From Thermoproteota archaeon (lineage in GTDB: Archaea; Thermoproteota; Thermoprotei_A; Sulfolobales; NBVN01): a stretch of 64,000 bases of DNA. The translations under genes were made by a program, and so were the position numbers. Below, one piece after another: positions 36,952 to 46,966 of the stretch; the stretch's first letter is position 1, and each line of letters begins with the position of its first letter. The stretch lies in assembly GCA_030550455.1 (NCBI GenBank), contig JAUQPH010000001.1, positions 64,259 through 128,258 of the forward strand, written 5' to 3'. The notes under the pieces are model-generated. The model was not told the origin of the DNA, did no database searches, and saw only the letters and a program-made list of their open reading frames with translations.

Positions 36952-37965
36952 TTATAAGTACTTCTCGACCTCGGAGGCGTATTGAAATACTATGGGGCTC
37001 CCACCAGTGTGTATGAATACTACAGAACTTTCTTTCTTTATTACTCCCCTTTGAACGAGGTCTATTAGTCCATACATAGCCTTCGCCGTGTAGACAGGGT
37101 CGAGAAGCACGCCCTCGGTTCTTGCTACATACTTGATTGTGTTCACTACTTCTGAAGTTATTACTCCGTAACCACCAAATGAGTACTCGTCGTAAACTGT
37201 GAAGTCGCTCTCAGAAGCTTTAACGCCTACACCAAGCATTTCCGCAGTCGAATTGAAGAGATCGACAAGTCTTTTAGTAACCTCAGACGCTTTCCTACCG
37301 TTCGATATTCCCAAAACCTTTACGTCGCTAGCTCCAAGTAGCTTGAGACCAAGCGTTAAACCAGCCTGAGTGGCTCCAGTACCCGTTGCGTGGACTATGT
37401 AGTTCGGTTTTACTCCTAGAGACAGTGACTGCTGGAGGATCTCTAGAGCTCCTAAAGCATATCCGAGTACCCCTAATTCCGAGGCTCCACCAGCCGGAAT
37501 AACGTATGGTCTTCTTCCTGCTGACTTAAGTTTCTCAGCAAGTTTCTCCATAGCCTCATCTGCTTCTTCTGCTCTGCTTATAGGTACGAGTTTAACATCG
37601 AGGAGTCTGTCTAAGAGTATGTTTCCTTGAGTTGCCAAACTTCCGGGCGGTGTAATAACAGCGTAAACGTCTAGACCAGCTTTTTTAGCTGCTGCTGCCG
37701 TAAGTCTCACGTGGTTTGAGTGAGTAGCACCCCGAGTTATAAGGACATCACACCCCTTCTTAAGGGCGTCAGCTATTATGAACTCGAGTTTTCGAACTTT
37801 GTTGCCACCCAGGCAGAGCTCCATAACGTCATCTCTCTTTATGAGTAGCTCTACTCCTAGTTCTTTACTAAGCCTAGTTGCTCTCTCCAATGGTGTAGGT
37901 AGAGAAGTCAACCTGTATCTCGGATATGAGAGCACTTTCCAAATCATTAAGTACCCCAAGAACAT
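36952..37965 (-). CDS. PLP-dependent ACC deaminase / D-cysteine desulfhydrase family enzyme
   Basis: 337 aa with TPLE, the GGNKVRKLEF lysine motif and a glycine loop (TGTGAT). Confidence 0.85.
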   Translation of the reverse strand: MFLGYLMIWKVLSYPRYRLTSLPTPLERATRLSKELGVELLIKRDDVMELCLGGNKVRKLEFIIADALKKGCDVLITRGATHSNHVRLTAAAAKKAGLDVYAVITPPGSLATQGNILLDRLLDVKLVPISRAEEADEAMEKLAEKLKSAGRRPYVIPAGGASELGVLGYALGALEILQQSLSLGVKPNYIVHATGTGATQAGLTLGLKLLGASDVKVLGISNGRKASEVTKRLVDLFNSTAEMLGVGVKASESDFTVYDEYSFGGYGVITSEVVNTIKYVARTEGVLLDPVYTAKAMYGLIDLVQRGVIKKESSVVFIHTGGSPIVFQYASEVEKYL

Positions 37966-37971
37966 AGTTGT

Positions 37972-38751
37972 TTAGTTAAAATATTGAAAACTCGTTTGAG
38001 AAGTTACGTAGTACTGACACAACTCGTTAATGGGGCACTCTAGGCAGTACGGCTTCTTAGGTTTACACACTAGTGAACCGAGGTCTAATAAAGCAACATT
38101 GATAGTGGTAAGATCTTCACTAGTAAAAGCTTTCTCTAGGATTTGTGCTGCTTCCATAGTGCTCAGTAGCTTGCCTGAAAACCTAGACAGTACTCGGATT
38201 ATGTTTGAGTCTACAAAGGCGTAGTGTTTACCACATACTCTAGAAAGAAGAACTCTAGCAATGTAGTCACCTACACCCGGCAACTCTCTCAGTTTCCTGT
38301 AGTCGCACGGTACCTCCCCACTATATTCACTCAGGATAGTGCAGACCGTGTCGATAAGCCTTTTGGCTCTAGTTGGAAGACCTATTTTTCTGAAGTACTT
38401 CGTGACATCCTCGGGGTTCGAAGAGCAGATAAGCTCGGGCTTCGGATATATGCGAATAAACTCTTCAAACAGTTTTTCAGCGACTTCAGACCTAGTTCTA
38501 ATCAGCATGAATTCAGCGACTAAGACACCGTACCAACCTACTTCCTCTCTCCACGGAAACCTCCTCCCGTGTCTTTTAAACCAATTTAAGATTTTCTCGC
38601 GCAACTTCCTGAGCCTCTCGAACGCTAAACCCGCGGCATCAGAATTAAATGAGTCCACCCATAGATCTACGAGAAATCCAATAATAGCTCTCAAGTTTTT
38701 CCACCGCCATAGTTCTTTCGGTGCCGATCTGTCAAAGAGGGCAAAGTCCAA
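37972..38751 (-). CDS. HhH-GPD DNA glycosylase with Fe-S cluster loop (EndoIII/MutY-like)
   Basis: 259 aa with the helix-hairpin-helix LPGVGDYIA and the C-terminal cysteine cluster C-x6-C-x2-C-x5-C (CKPKKPYCLECPINELC). Confidence 0.8.
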   Translation of the reverse strand: MDFALFDRSAPKELWRWKNLRAIIGFLVDLWVDSFNSDAAGLAFERLRKLREKILNWFKRHGRRFPWREEVGWYGVLVAEFMLIRTRSEVAEKLFEEFIRIYPKPELICSSNPEDVTKYFRKIGLPTRAKRLIDTVCTILSEYSGEVPCDYRKLRELPGVGDYIARVLLSRVCGKHYAFVDSNIIRVLSRFSGKLLSTMEAAQILEKAFTSEDLTTINVALLDLGSLVCKPKKPYCLECPINELCQYYVTSQTSFQYFN

Positions 38752-39367
38752 ACCTAGCTAAATCTACTTACTCAAAGCTTAAGGTACCTAAGGTCGCCAT
38801 AACTCCAGGTTCTACGAGCTAGAATCGGTGAGGGAGAGAAATGATGAAGTGGCACTAAGTTATTGGATCATTGTCAGATCGTATGAGAGCTAAGCTCTAG
38901 TCCCGCCGTACTATTAACCTTGCCTGCTCATTTTTGCCAAACCATTGTAGATAACGGTATAACCGGGTTTATTCTACAGCTAAGAGGTGGTAATGGGCTT
39001 TAGCACTTATATAGGTTTATAGTGAGTGGTGCCCCCACTCCCTTCTTTCCAGCATTCTGCTCGGGACCTCGTCGGGCTCGGGGACACCCCTAAACTTCCA
39101 CAGCTGAATAAGCTTGAATAATTCCGAAAAGACCCTAAGGAGCATTCGTCTTCCTCGAGTTATTTCCACATCACTGCGTATAGGGTACTTACAAGTGTTT
39201 CTACATGCGTCAACCAACGTGAGCAATTGTGAAACCCGAAGTAGTTGTTCGGGTCATGTGACGACATACTTCGGCTCTCGGGCTCATGAAACCACTCATC
39301 TGACCTATAGTTAGGGAGTTACCGAACATCTTGGAAAGCTTTAAAGCTAATGGAGGATCTATCACCG

Positions 39368-39441
39368 GGGCCCGTCGTCTAGCCGGCTAGGACGCCGCCC
39401 TCACGCGGCGGAGGTCCGGGGTTCAAATCCCCGCGGGCCCA
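39368..39441 (+). tRNA. tRNA-Val(CAC)
   Basis: GGGCCCG UC GUCUAGCCGGCUAGGAC G CCGCC-CUCACGC-GGCGG AGGUC CGGGG-UUCAAAU-CCCCG CGGGCCC A. Confidence 0.9.
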
Positions 39442-39464
39442 CTCCCCGATCTTCTCACGGGGAC

Positions 39465-39740
39465 TTACATAGATGAGTTTTTGCCGCCAGCGTAGATGAC
39501 CTTGTAGAGGTAGTGACACTCCCCAACCTTCATCACTATATAGAACAACTTGTTACACCTGTAGTCGTCACTTGCGCAGGCTTGTACACTCTTAGCCAAA
39601 TCTCTATAATTCCCTTCAACAAAGTTCAATATAGTAGAGTATCGGTAGTAAATTACGTCTAAACCACCGTGTAGCGATAGGTGGAAGTATGAGCAGACAT
39701 ACGGTATGTGTGTTTGCAGTAGTCTTCGCTTTAATGACAC
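39465..39740 (-). CDS. hypothetical protein (weak call)
   Basis: 91-aa ORF with no recognisable motif. Its N-terminus overlaps the opposing membrane-protein gene by ~50 nt. Confidence 0.2.
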   Translation of the reverse strand: MSLKRRLLQTHIPYVCSYFHLSLHGGLDVIYYRYSTILNFVEGNYRDLAKSVQACASDDYRCNKLFYIVMKVGECHYLYKVIYAGGKNSSM

Positions 39741-41059
39741 TCACAGTCAACACTGTATACGTCACTAGCTATACAGCACCAATGATCGAACTGTCTAGAA
39801 GCTTGTGTAGAGGAGCTACGTATCTCGAACGAGTAGAGTGGTTTTACACGGACATCATTGAAGTAAGTAACAAATACGTATTCGCAGGACCGATAGGCAT
39901 TTCACTTTTTCTCTCACCAATAGCCTGCTTAATAGATAATACTAGAGCCATACTTCTAGCTGGAGGTTTATTAATGAGTTTTAGCGTACTGATGTCTATG
40001 GTTTTCTCATACTTACTCCTCAAGAAGCTCTTTCCATCGCAATACACTTACCGCACCACATCCGTAGTGGTAACAGTACTCTGCTCTCTGCCGTGGGTAT
40101 ATTCCTCACACCTTTTTCCACAAGCTGTCCTAACTATGTGTTACTCAGCTTTACTATACCTCTCTACTGAGCTAGTTCTTAGTGAAGGCATTAGTTTAAA
40201 GTTAGTCATACTACACGCAGTGATTTCCTCAATAGCATTCTTAGCGGATCCTTCATCTGCGGTTCTCATAGCTACTGTAGCTACAATAGTTCTAATAAAT
40301 AAGAGAGACCTCTTAAAGAGGCATAGAGAGAAGTTCGTGATTTCGACAGCCTCGTGGCTGTTGACCTTCACACTAGCATCTCTCCCGCAACTTTACTACA
40401 ATTGCGCTACCACAGGCAACCCCCTCATATTCCCTGAACTCATTTACTCCAGGTTAAGAGGGCTCGGCACCGGGTTCGACGTTTTCCGTATACCTGTCGG
40501 GGTGGTAATACAGCTCCTCGATCTGAGAAAGAGCCTCTTAAGCTTATATCCACTGTCGTTTATCTCACTTCTCTATATACCATACGCGTTAAAGCATATT
40601 AAGAATATGTCTATAGCAGTACTCTATGTTTCTATGATATTTGTGCCCATCGCAGTTTATTCCTCGTGGCACGATTTTCATGGAGGTCTCTCCTTCGGGC
40701 CAAGGTTTCTCACACCCGTAGCTCAGATTCTATTTCTTCCACTCTTCTTACTACTCAATCTAAGAGGTAAAATACCAAAAATAGTGCTCTTCATTGGCAT
40801 CTATTCTGCGTTCGAGAACTCGATAGTGCTGATCTCAACTCCGTACCCATGTGCTATTCAACACCTAGGTATACTGGAAAACCAGTTTTACACATGTTCT
40901 TTAAAGAGCTTCCTGAGCGGAACTAAGTCCGCACTCATAGCGGAACTCATTAGCAGAGTACCGTCAATAGAAGCACTAGCGAGTAACGTGATATCGGCTG
41001 GATTAGTTTTCGGTATAGCTGTATCGGTAATCCTTCTGTCCTACATAAAGAAGATTTAG
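39689..41059 (+). CDS. polytopic membrane protein (possible GT-C-type glycosyltransferase)
   Basis: 456 aa with more than 10 hydrophobic segments and short loops. The topology resembles ArnT/PMT-like glycosyltransferases, but I saw no diagnostic motif. Confidence 0.5.
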   Translation: MSRHTVCVFAVVFALMTLTVNTVYVTSYTAPMIELSRSLCRGATYLERVEWFYTDIIEVSNKYVFAGPIGISLFLSPIACLIDNTRAILLAGGLLMSFSVLMSMVFSYLLLKKLFPSQYTYRTTSVVVTVLCSLPWVYSSHLFPQAVLTMCYSALLYLSTELVLSEGISLKLVILHAVISSIAFLADPSSAVLIATVATIVLINKRDLLKRHREKFVISTASWLLTFTLASLPQLYYNCATTGNPLIFPELIYSRLRGLGTGFDVFRIPVGVVIQLLDLRKSLLSLYPLSFISLLYIPYALKHIKNMSIAVLYVSMIFVPIAVYSSWHDFHGGLSFGPRFLTPVAQILFLPLFLLLNLRGKIPKIVLFIGIYSAFENSIVLISTPYPCAIQHLGILENQFYTCSLKSFLSGTKSALIAELISRVPSIEALASNVISAGLVFGIAVSVILLSYIKKI

Positions 41060-41459
41060 TATTCCACTAAACCACTAAAACATACCCACTTAAACGTTTA
41101 CGTTAGAGCTTACACGAGCCGGTAGCAAAACAGTATACTGTGTCTTTTGTAAAAGTTTCTAAGTTGTTTTAGCTACTATGAGTACTTGGAGGATGCATCC
41201 TGCCTCAGTGACGACTGGGTAGCCGCCAGCGGTGGGAGGACGCACCTACCTCTCGAGGTTGGCTCTGTAGTGCCTGCTGATGTAGCTCTCGACGACCCTG
41301 CGGTAGGTGAGCAGGAAGTGAGGTAGGAGTCCGTGACTACAATACCCAAAATACTCAAGAACACCTGGCGAAACCAAATAAACAACACGGCAACCACTGT
41401 ATGGCTCAGTGCTACCTAGAGTTCAACTTACGCATTGCTCAAGGTCCACAAGGTCTTCT

Positions 41460-42230
41460 CTAAGTAGGGCTCTTTTTGGGTAAGCTCTTAACTTGCTCGC
41501 TAAGCCTTTTGATGTATCCTCCGGAGCCATAGGCTATCTTAGCGACATCGATTATGTACTCGTTGCTTGGAGCCCCACCGCTAAGCCCAAGAGCTATAGT
41601 GAGGGCCTTCTTCTTCATTTCGAGGTCCATTCTGCTTCTAATCTCGCTAGAACTAATCTTACTTCCGACTACTATAGCTATAAAGAACTTAACCATCCTA
41701 CCGAATCTATCTGAAAACTCTGGGTACGCTTTAACGAGGTTGCTGATGGACCTTAATGCTTCGTTTTCATCTATGAGGTCTAGGTAGTACTCAGTCGTAA
41801 TAAACCTAATGATCTTGCTTAGAACAACCTCGTCAACGCTTCCTAGGTAGCTGTCGATCGCAGCTCTTACTCCAGAGAAATCTTTGTGTTTCTTGATCAC
41901 GGTAGCAACTTTGTCTAGACAGATCTCGTTTGAGAAAATGTCTTCGAGCACTTTCCCGAACCTTTTAATAGGTAGCCTCAGTATGCGTGTAGCTACAATA
42001 TACAGGCTGATCAGCTCTTTCTCGTAGACTTCGCTAGAGTACCGTATACCTCTGAATGGCTCTACTCGAGTTTCTTCGAGAGCTTTCTTAAGCTCTCTAA
42101 TAACCCATTCTCTACTCACGTTATTACCGGCTCCCAGCTCTGCTATAAGGTCAGCGACCACGTTGATATATGCTCTAAGCCTCAAGCGCTTGAGGGGTGC
42201 TTCAGACATCCTTTTAACCGATTTAGACAT
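41460..42230 (-). CDS. hypothetical all-helical protein
   Basis: 256-aa ORF with clean coding character. I recognise no motif. Confidence 0.5.
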   Translation of the reverse strand: MSKSVKRMSEAPLKRLRLRAYINVVADLIAELGAGNNVSREWVIRELKKALEETRVEPFRGIRYSSEVYEKELISLYIVATRILRLPIKRFGKVLEDIFSNEICLDKVATVIKKHKDFSGVRAAIDSYLGSVDEVVLSKIIRFITTEYYLDLIDENEALRSISNLVKAYPEFSDRFGRMVKFFIAIVVGSKISSSEIRSRMDLEMKKKALTIALGLSGGAPSNEYIIDVAKIAYGSGGYIKRLSEQVKSLPKKSPT

Positions 42231-42251
42231 TCTACCAAGGTTTTTATTCTA

Positions 42252-43802
42252 ATGAGTAAAGTAGGATTGGTGAAGCTCATAGACATAGACTTCGTGATTA
42301 CGACGGATAGAAGTATGATGACGAACCACCATGGCCGCGAATTTTTGGGTTTTGTTGCTACCGGTCCCCCCATATTTCTTCCAGAGTTTATGTGGTCTTA
42401 TATATGCTGCCCTAAGCCAAAGGTGGATAAATGGGGAAGACCCAGGGAGGCTCCTTACGGGCTTAGAAAAATTGAGGCTTCACTAGTTGAAGCCGGGTTT
42501 AGAGCGTCTGTAATAGACCCAGACTACGTCTTTCGGTACCTCAGTAAAGCTAAAGCCGTGCTCATAGGCCATCACGACTACTTTGCGTATGGTCCACCAT
42601 CTTCTGAGTGGTGGCTCATAACCGGAAAAGTCCCAATAAACAGAAGGTTGTTTACGAAGTTCATGAGTCGTCTAGCTGAATACAAAAAGAAGTACGGCTT
42701 TAAGGTAGTTGTTGGAGGACCTGGTGCTTGGCAGTGGCAATGGGAAGACGACAAGATCGACCTCTGGGGAGTCGACACTATTGTTGAAGGTGAAGCAGAA
42801 CTCGTAGTCAAAGACCTAGCCCAGAAAATACTGGACGGGAAGACGTTGCCGAGGTATATTCAGGTAGGTATAGACGATTCGCCTAGAGTTAGTCAGATAC
42901 CAGTGATAAAAGGAGCCAGTGTTAACGGTCTCGTCGAGGTAATGAGGGGTTGCCCCAGGGGTTGTTCTTTCTGTAGTGTAACCTTAAGACCTCTTCGCCA
43001 CATACCTATAGAGACCATCGAGAAGGAACTAGAGGTTAACGCATCGAATGGTGTATTGGGAGGAATTTTTCACTCCGAAGACGTTCTCCTCTACGGGTCA
43101 ACAAGCGTTATACCAAGCGAAGAACCCCTAAGAAAGCTACATGAAGTAGCCGTTAAACACTTAAAGAACATAGCATGGGCTCACGTTTCTCTTGCTGCTG
43201 TTGTCGTAGCAGAGCACCAGGGGAAAATACTGAGTAAAATAACGGACATGATTTACTCGAAAATGAACCAGAGGTATATAGGAGTTGAAGTCGGCATCGA
43301 AACAGGCTCTCCGAGATTGGCGGAGAAGATAATGCCGGGTAAGTCAGCACCTTTTCCCATAGATAAGTACCCCGAAGTAGTGGAGGAGGCTTTCTCTATA
43401 ATGCATGAGCTTAACGTAGTGCCAGCGGCTACATTCATACTCAACTTTCCTGGAGAGACCGCTGATGATGTAGTCAAAACCATTGAACTTATCGAGAGAT
43501 TGAGGAGCTATAGATCAATAATAGTGCCGATGATATTTGTTCCGATGGGCAAAATGAGAGGAGCCCGTAATGTAATAGCCTCGGTTAAAATCACTCGCGA
43601 ACACGTTGAAGCTATGAAAGTAGCTTTAGACCACAGTTTGATATGGGCTGAGAGAATAATGAACGAGTTCTACCTCAAGGACAGCCTAGTGCTAAGAGTG
43701 TTACTGAAGTACTTTATGAAGATCGTTCAATGGAAAGCCAACGGCGTATATCGCAACTTGGGAGGTTTTGTAGACAGAGAGCTCGTTATACCTAAGTTAT
43801 AG
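42252..43802 (+). CDS. radical SAM protein with N-terminal B12-binding-like domain
   Basis: 516 aa with the CxxxCxxC motif CPRGCSFC after a flavodoxin-like N-terminal domain. The start is uncertain. Confidence 0.8.
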   Translation: MSKVGLVKLIDIDFVITTDRSMMTNHHGREFLGFVATGPPIFLPEFMWSYICCPKPKVDKWGRPREAPYGLRKIEASLVEAGFRASVIDPDYVFRYLSKAKAVLIGHHDYFAYGPPSSEWWLITGKVPINRRLFTKFMSRLAEYKKKYGFKVVVGGPGAWQWQWEDDKIDLWGVDTIVEGEAELVVKDLAQKILDGKTLPRYIQVGIDDSPRVSQIPVIKGASVNGLVEVMRGCPRGCSFCSVTLRPLRHIPIETIEKELEVNASNGVLGGIFHSEDVLLYGSTSVIPSEEPLRKLHEVAVKHLKNIAWAHVSLAAVVVAEHQGKILSKITDMIYSKMNQRYIGVEVGIETGSPRLAEKIMPGKSAPFPIDKYPEVVEEAFSIMHELNVVPAATFILNFPGETADDVVKTIELIERLRSYRSIIVPMIFVPMGKMRGARNVIASVKITREHVEAMKVALDHSLIWAERIMNEFYLKDSLVLRVLLKYFMKIVQWKANGVYRNLGGFVDRELVIPKL

Positions 43803-43863
43803 TAAGGTAAGTTTATAGTATGACCAACTGTCCGCATTCGAGTAAGTCGGTGCTCTAACAACA

Positions 43864-44586
43864 TCACATCATACTCTGTAGAATAACGAGAAGCTCGTCC
43901 AGCTTTCTAGCTATCGGTACTAGCTCTAGGCAAATCTTACTGGGTTCTACTCTCCTTAGATGGAGTAGTCCAACATAGTATACAGCCCGCATTCCGTACC
44001 CGAGAGCACCGAGTACATCTTCAAAGCACGAGTCTCCGACGTGAACTATCTCTGCTGGCTTATCGCCCACAGCTCTAACTAGCTCTTGAAATATAGACCT
44101 TTGCGGCTTAATAGATCCAACTTCTGAGGATGACACCACCACGTCCACATAGTCAGAGATACCCACGTTCTTCAAGAGAGCTCTAACACCTCTCTCACTA
44201 AAGCTTGTATTACTGACTACAGCTATTTTTAGGCCCATCTTCTTTAACTGCGGTAACACCTTTAGAGCCTCCGGGTTTTCTCTGGGTCTAAACGTTTCTG
44301 TCGATAGTTCATATGCTTCCGCAATCTCCCTAGCAAGATCTTCATCAATTCTTAAGCCCAAACCCGCTAGAATAATTGATGCTACGTCATAGCTACTCAT
44401 AAACATCTTGGATGCCCCGAGCCCTGAGTAAAGCTCTCGGACTCTAGTGATAGGTGCATCGTAACCTCTTGACTTGAGCACGTTAAGAACGGATTCTACT
44501 CTCATATTACTGTATGTTTCCTCGTCTTCTGGATGCTTCTCCCAGATCAAGGTAAACCAAAGGTCAAACGAGACAGTCTTTATCAT
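43864..44586 (-). CDS. HAD-superfamily hydrolase
   Basis: 240 aa with motif I (VSFDLWFTL), motif II (VSNTS) and motif III/IV (K...HVGDS..EDV). Confidence 0.8.
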   Translation of the reverse strand: MIKTVSFDLWFTLIWEKHPEDEETYSNMRVESVLNVLKSRGYDAPITRVRELYSGLGASKMFMSSYDVASIILAGLGLRIDEDLAREIAEAYELSTETFRPRENPEALKVLPQLKKMGLKIAVVSNTSFSERGVRALLKNVGISDYVDVVVSSSEVGSIKPQRSIFQELVRAVGDKPAEIVHVGDSCFEDVLGALGYGMRAVYYVGLLHLRRVEPSKICLELVPIARKLDELLVILQSMM

Positions 44587-44731
44587 ATCTTTTACAGCCC
44601 TACATAGGTACTAGACCTGTGCTTTTAAGACCGTCAGTTCGTGGTAGGGGTTTACCATCGGTAATTCGGGTACCTTTTGCTTGACTAAAACTTAAATATC
44701 TCTTCGCTGTTCTTGGTTTAGGTAGTGGAGG

Positions 44732-45184
44732 GTGTCGTTCAGGCACATAGTGAGAATAGCTGGCGTGGATATCGAGGGTGAGCTGTCCCTAGTATTCGGG
44801 TTAACGAAAATTAAGGGAGTGGGACCAAGACTAGCGAGAGCTTGCGCAGTTAAACTGGGGCTGGACCCCCGGATGAAAATAGGGTACCTCAGCGACGAAG
44901 ATGTCGAGAAGATAGAGAGCTTTTTAATGGAGCCACTTAAGTTTGGCGTACCGGTTTGGATGGTTAATAGAAGAAAGGATTACGAATCCGGCCTAGATAG
45001 ACACCTAATAGGTTCAGACTTAATTTTAGTAGCTAGACAGGATATCGAGAGGGAGTTAAGAATTAGATCTTGGAGAGGAATTAGGCATTCACTTGGCCTC
45101 AAAGTTCGAGGACAGCGAACTCATACTACAGGTAGAGTCGGTCCTGTAGTAGGTGTCGCAAAAGGTAAGACAAAACAGCAGTAG
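44732..45184 (+). CDS. rps13: 30S ribosomal protein S13 (uS13)
   Basis: 150 aa. The N-terminus FRHIVRIAGVDIEG...L..IKGVG and its position ahead of S4-S11-rpoD fit S13. Confidence 0.95.
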   Translation: MSFRHIVRIAGVDIEGELSLVFGLTKIKGVGPRLARACAVKLGLDPRMKIGYLSDEDVEKIESFLMEPLKFGVPVWMVNRRKDYESGLDRHLIGSDLILVARQDIERELRIRSWRGIRHSLGLKVRGQRTHTTGRVGPVVGVAKGKTKQQ

Positions 45185-45194
45185 GTGAACATTA

Positions 45195-45716
45195 ATGGGA
45201 GACCCTAAGAAGCCTAGGAAGACGTGGGAGAGACCCGGTCACCCCTGGATAAAGGAGAGGCTAACAGAAGAAATGGAACTAGTGGGGCAGTATGGTTTGA
45301 GGAATAAGAAAGAGCTTTGGAAAGCACAAACTATATTGAGGACTATCAGGTCTAAAGCAAAAGCTCTTCTCTCTCTATCAGAAGCCGAGCGGGAGATAAG
45401 GGAGAGGGCGCTAGTAAAGAAGCTTTATGATATGGGTCTATTAGATAGCGATAAGGCAACTATTGACGATATTCTAGGATTAACAGTTAGAAACGTCTTG
45501 GAGCGAAGACTGCAGACCGTAGTATACAGAAAGGGTTTAGCTAAAACTATCCACGAAGCTAGGCAAATGATAGTTCATGGTCACATAGCTATAGCAGGGC
45601 GTAGGGTTAAGTCTCCTGGTAGGATAGTAACGAGAAGCGAGGAAAGTCTAGTAGATTACTCACCAACTTCACCTTACTACGAGAGGAGGATATCTAGTAG
45701 TGGCTTAACTAGGTGA
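45195..45716 (+). CDS. rps4: 30S ribosomal protein S4 (uS4)
   Basis: 173 aa with MGDPKKPRK...[10 protein letters not shown] and an S4 domain ([12 protein letters not shown]...ARQ.I.HGHI). Confidence 0.95.
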   Translation: MGDPKKPRKTWERPGHPWIKERLTEEMELVGQYGLRNKKELWKAQTILRTIRSKAKALLSLSEAEREIRERALVKKLYDMGLLDSDKATIDDILGLTVRNVLERRLQTVVYRKGLAKTIHEARQMIVHGHIAIAGRRVKSPGRIVTRSEESLVDYSPTSPYYERRISSSGLTR

Positions 45717-46123
45717 GTAGAATGGGGATGTCGCTACGAGAGCTTAAGTGGGGTGTAGTCCACGTATTTAGCTCGTTTAACAACACTATCGTACATATAA
45801 CAGACCTCAGTGGAGCGGAGACGGTCTCACGTTGGTCTGGTGGTATGGTAGTAAAAGCCGATAGAGAGAAACCGTCGCCTTATACAGCAATGATGATAGC
45901 TTATAGGGCTTCTCAAGATGCTATCGATAAAGGGGTCTCAGCTGTTCACATAAAGGTTCGAGGCGTGGGAGGACATGGACCGAAGATACCTGGTCCGGGA
46001 GCTCAAGCAGCTATAAGAGCTATCGCTAGGTCGGGTCTTATAATAGGGAGAATAGAGGATGTGACGCCCATACCGCACGATACTACTAGGAGACCTGGAG
46101 GTCGTCGCGGTAGAAGAGTGTAG
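45713..46123 (+). CDS. rps11: 30S ribosomal protein S11 (uS11)
   Basis: 136 aa with [20 protein letters not shown] and the C-terminal [20 protein letters not shown]. Confidence 0.95.
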   Translation: MSRMGMSLRELKWGVVHVFSSFNNTIVHITDLSGAETVSRWSGGMVVKADREKPSPYTAMMIAYRASQDAIDKGVSAVHIKVRGVGGHGPKIPGPGAQAAIRAIARSGLIIGRIEDVTPIPHDTTRRPGGRRGRRV

Positions 46124-46132
46124 GGAGACGAA

Positions 46133-46966
46133 ATGATCGACATAGAGATTTTGGAGAAAAGCGATGTCGAGATAACTTTGATTTTAAGAGGTGTCCCATT
46201 AGAGTACGTTAACGCCATAAGGCGAGCAGCTATTGAGGAAGTTCCGACAATGGCTATAGACTACGTCGTCTTCTACGATAATACGTCGGCCTTAAGTGAT
46301 GAGATAATATCGCACCGCCTGGCCATGATTCCGCTAAAGTCTGAGCTCGCACTTGAGCGCTATAAGCATCCTGAGGAATGTAGGGATGGTGCCTTAACGG
46401 ATGGGTGCTATACTAGTTTATACCTCGAGGCTGAAAGCGGTCCGCAGGAAGAACTAGTCGTGTACTCTAGAGACATAAAACCCCAAGACGACCCTGATAT
46501 AGTTCCTGTGAATGGGGAGATCCCCATACTTAAGCTAGGTCCTCAGCAGAGGGTTGTCCTCGAAGCGTGGGCTAGACTAGGTAGAGGGAAAGAACACATT
46601 AAGTGGTCACCGGCAACGATCTCTGTGCTTACGTACATACCGAAGGTGATCATCTCTGCCGATAGATGCACTATGTGTGGGTTATGTGCCGAGTACTGCC
46701 CGACAAAGGCTATAACCATTAGAGCTGGAGAAATAGTCGTTGATGAAAGCAAATGCACTCTCTGCAGACAGTGCGTTAAGGTTTGCGGATCCGAGGCGAT
46801 AGACCTTAGCTGGCGCAAAGATGAGTACAAGTTGCGTATAGAGTCGTCTGGTGCTCTAAGCCCTGAGAGGATAGTTAGCGAAGCAATGCTCCAAATAAGA
46901 AAAAAACTAGTAGAATTGCGTGAACAACTCGATAAAGTTTTCTCTACTAAAGGTGTGAGTACATGA
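46133..46966 (+). CDS. rpoD: DNA-directed RNA polymerase subunit D with ferredoxin-like 2x[4Fe-4S] insertion
   Basis: 277 aa. The Rpb3/AC40-like dimerisation domain contains CTMCGLCAEYCP and CTLCRQCVKVC motifs. Confidence 0.9.
   Translation: MIDIEILEKSDVEITLILRGVPLEYVNAIRRAAIEEVPTMAIDYVVFYDNTSALSDEIISHRLAMIPLKSELALERYKHPEECRDGALTDGCYTSLYLEAESGPQEELVVYSRDIKPQDDPDIVPVNGEIPILKLGPQQRVVLEAWARLGRGKEHIKWSPATISVLTYIPKVIISADRCTMCGLCAEYCPTKAITIRAGEIVVDESKCTLCRQCVKVCGSEAIDLSWRKDEYKLRIESSGALSPERIVSEAMLQIRKKLVELREQLDKVFSTKGVST

Noticed and set aside
38838-38885. Possible C/D box sRNA: AUGAUGA at 38841-38847 followed about 30 nt later by ucAGAuc.
   Set aside because: There is no proper D box (CUGA) at the expected spacing, no convincing D'/C' pair and no terminal stem. 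A lone C-box heptamer is expected by chance.
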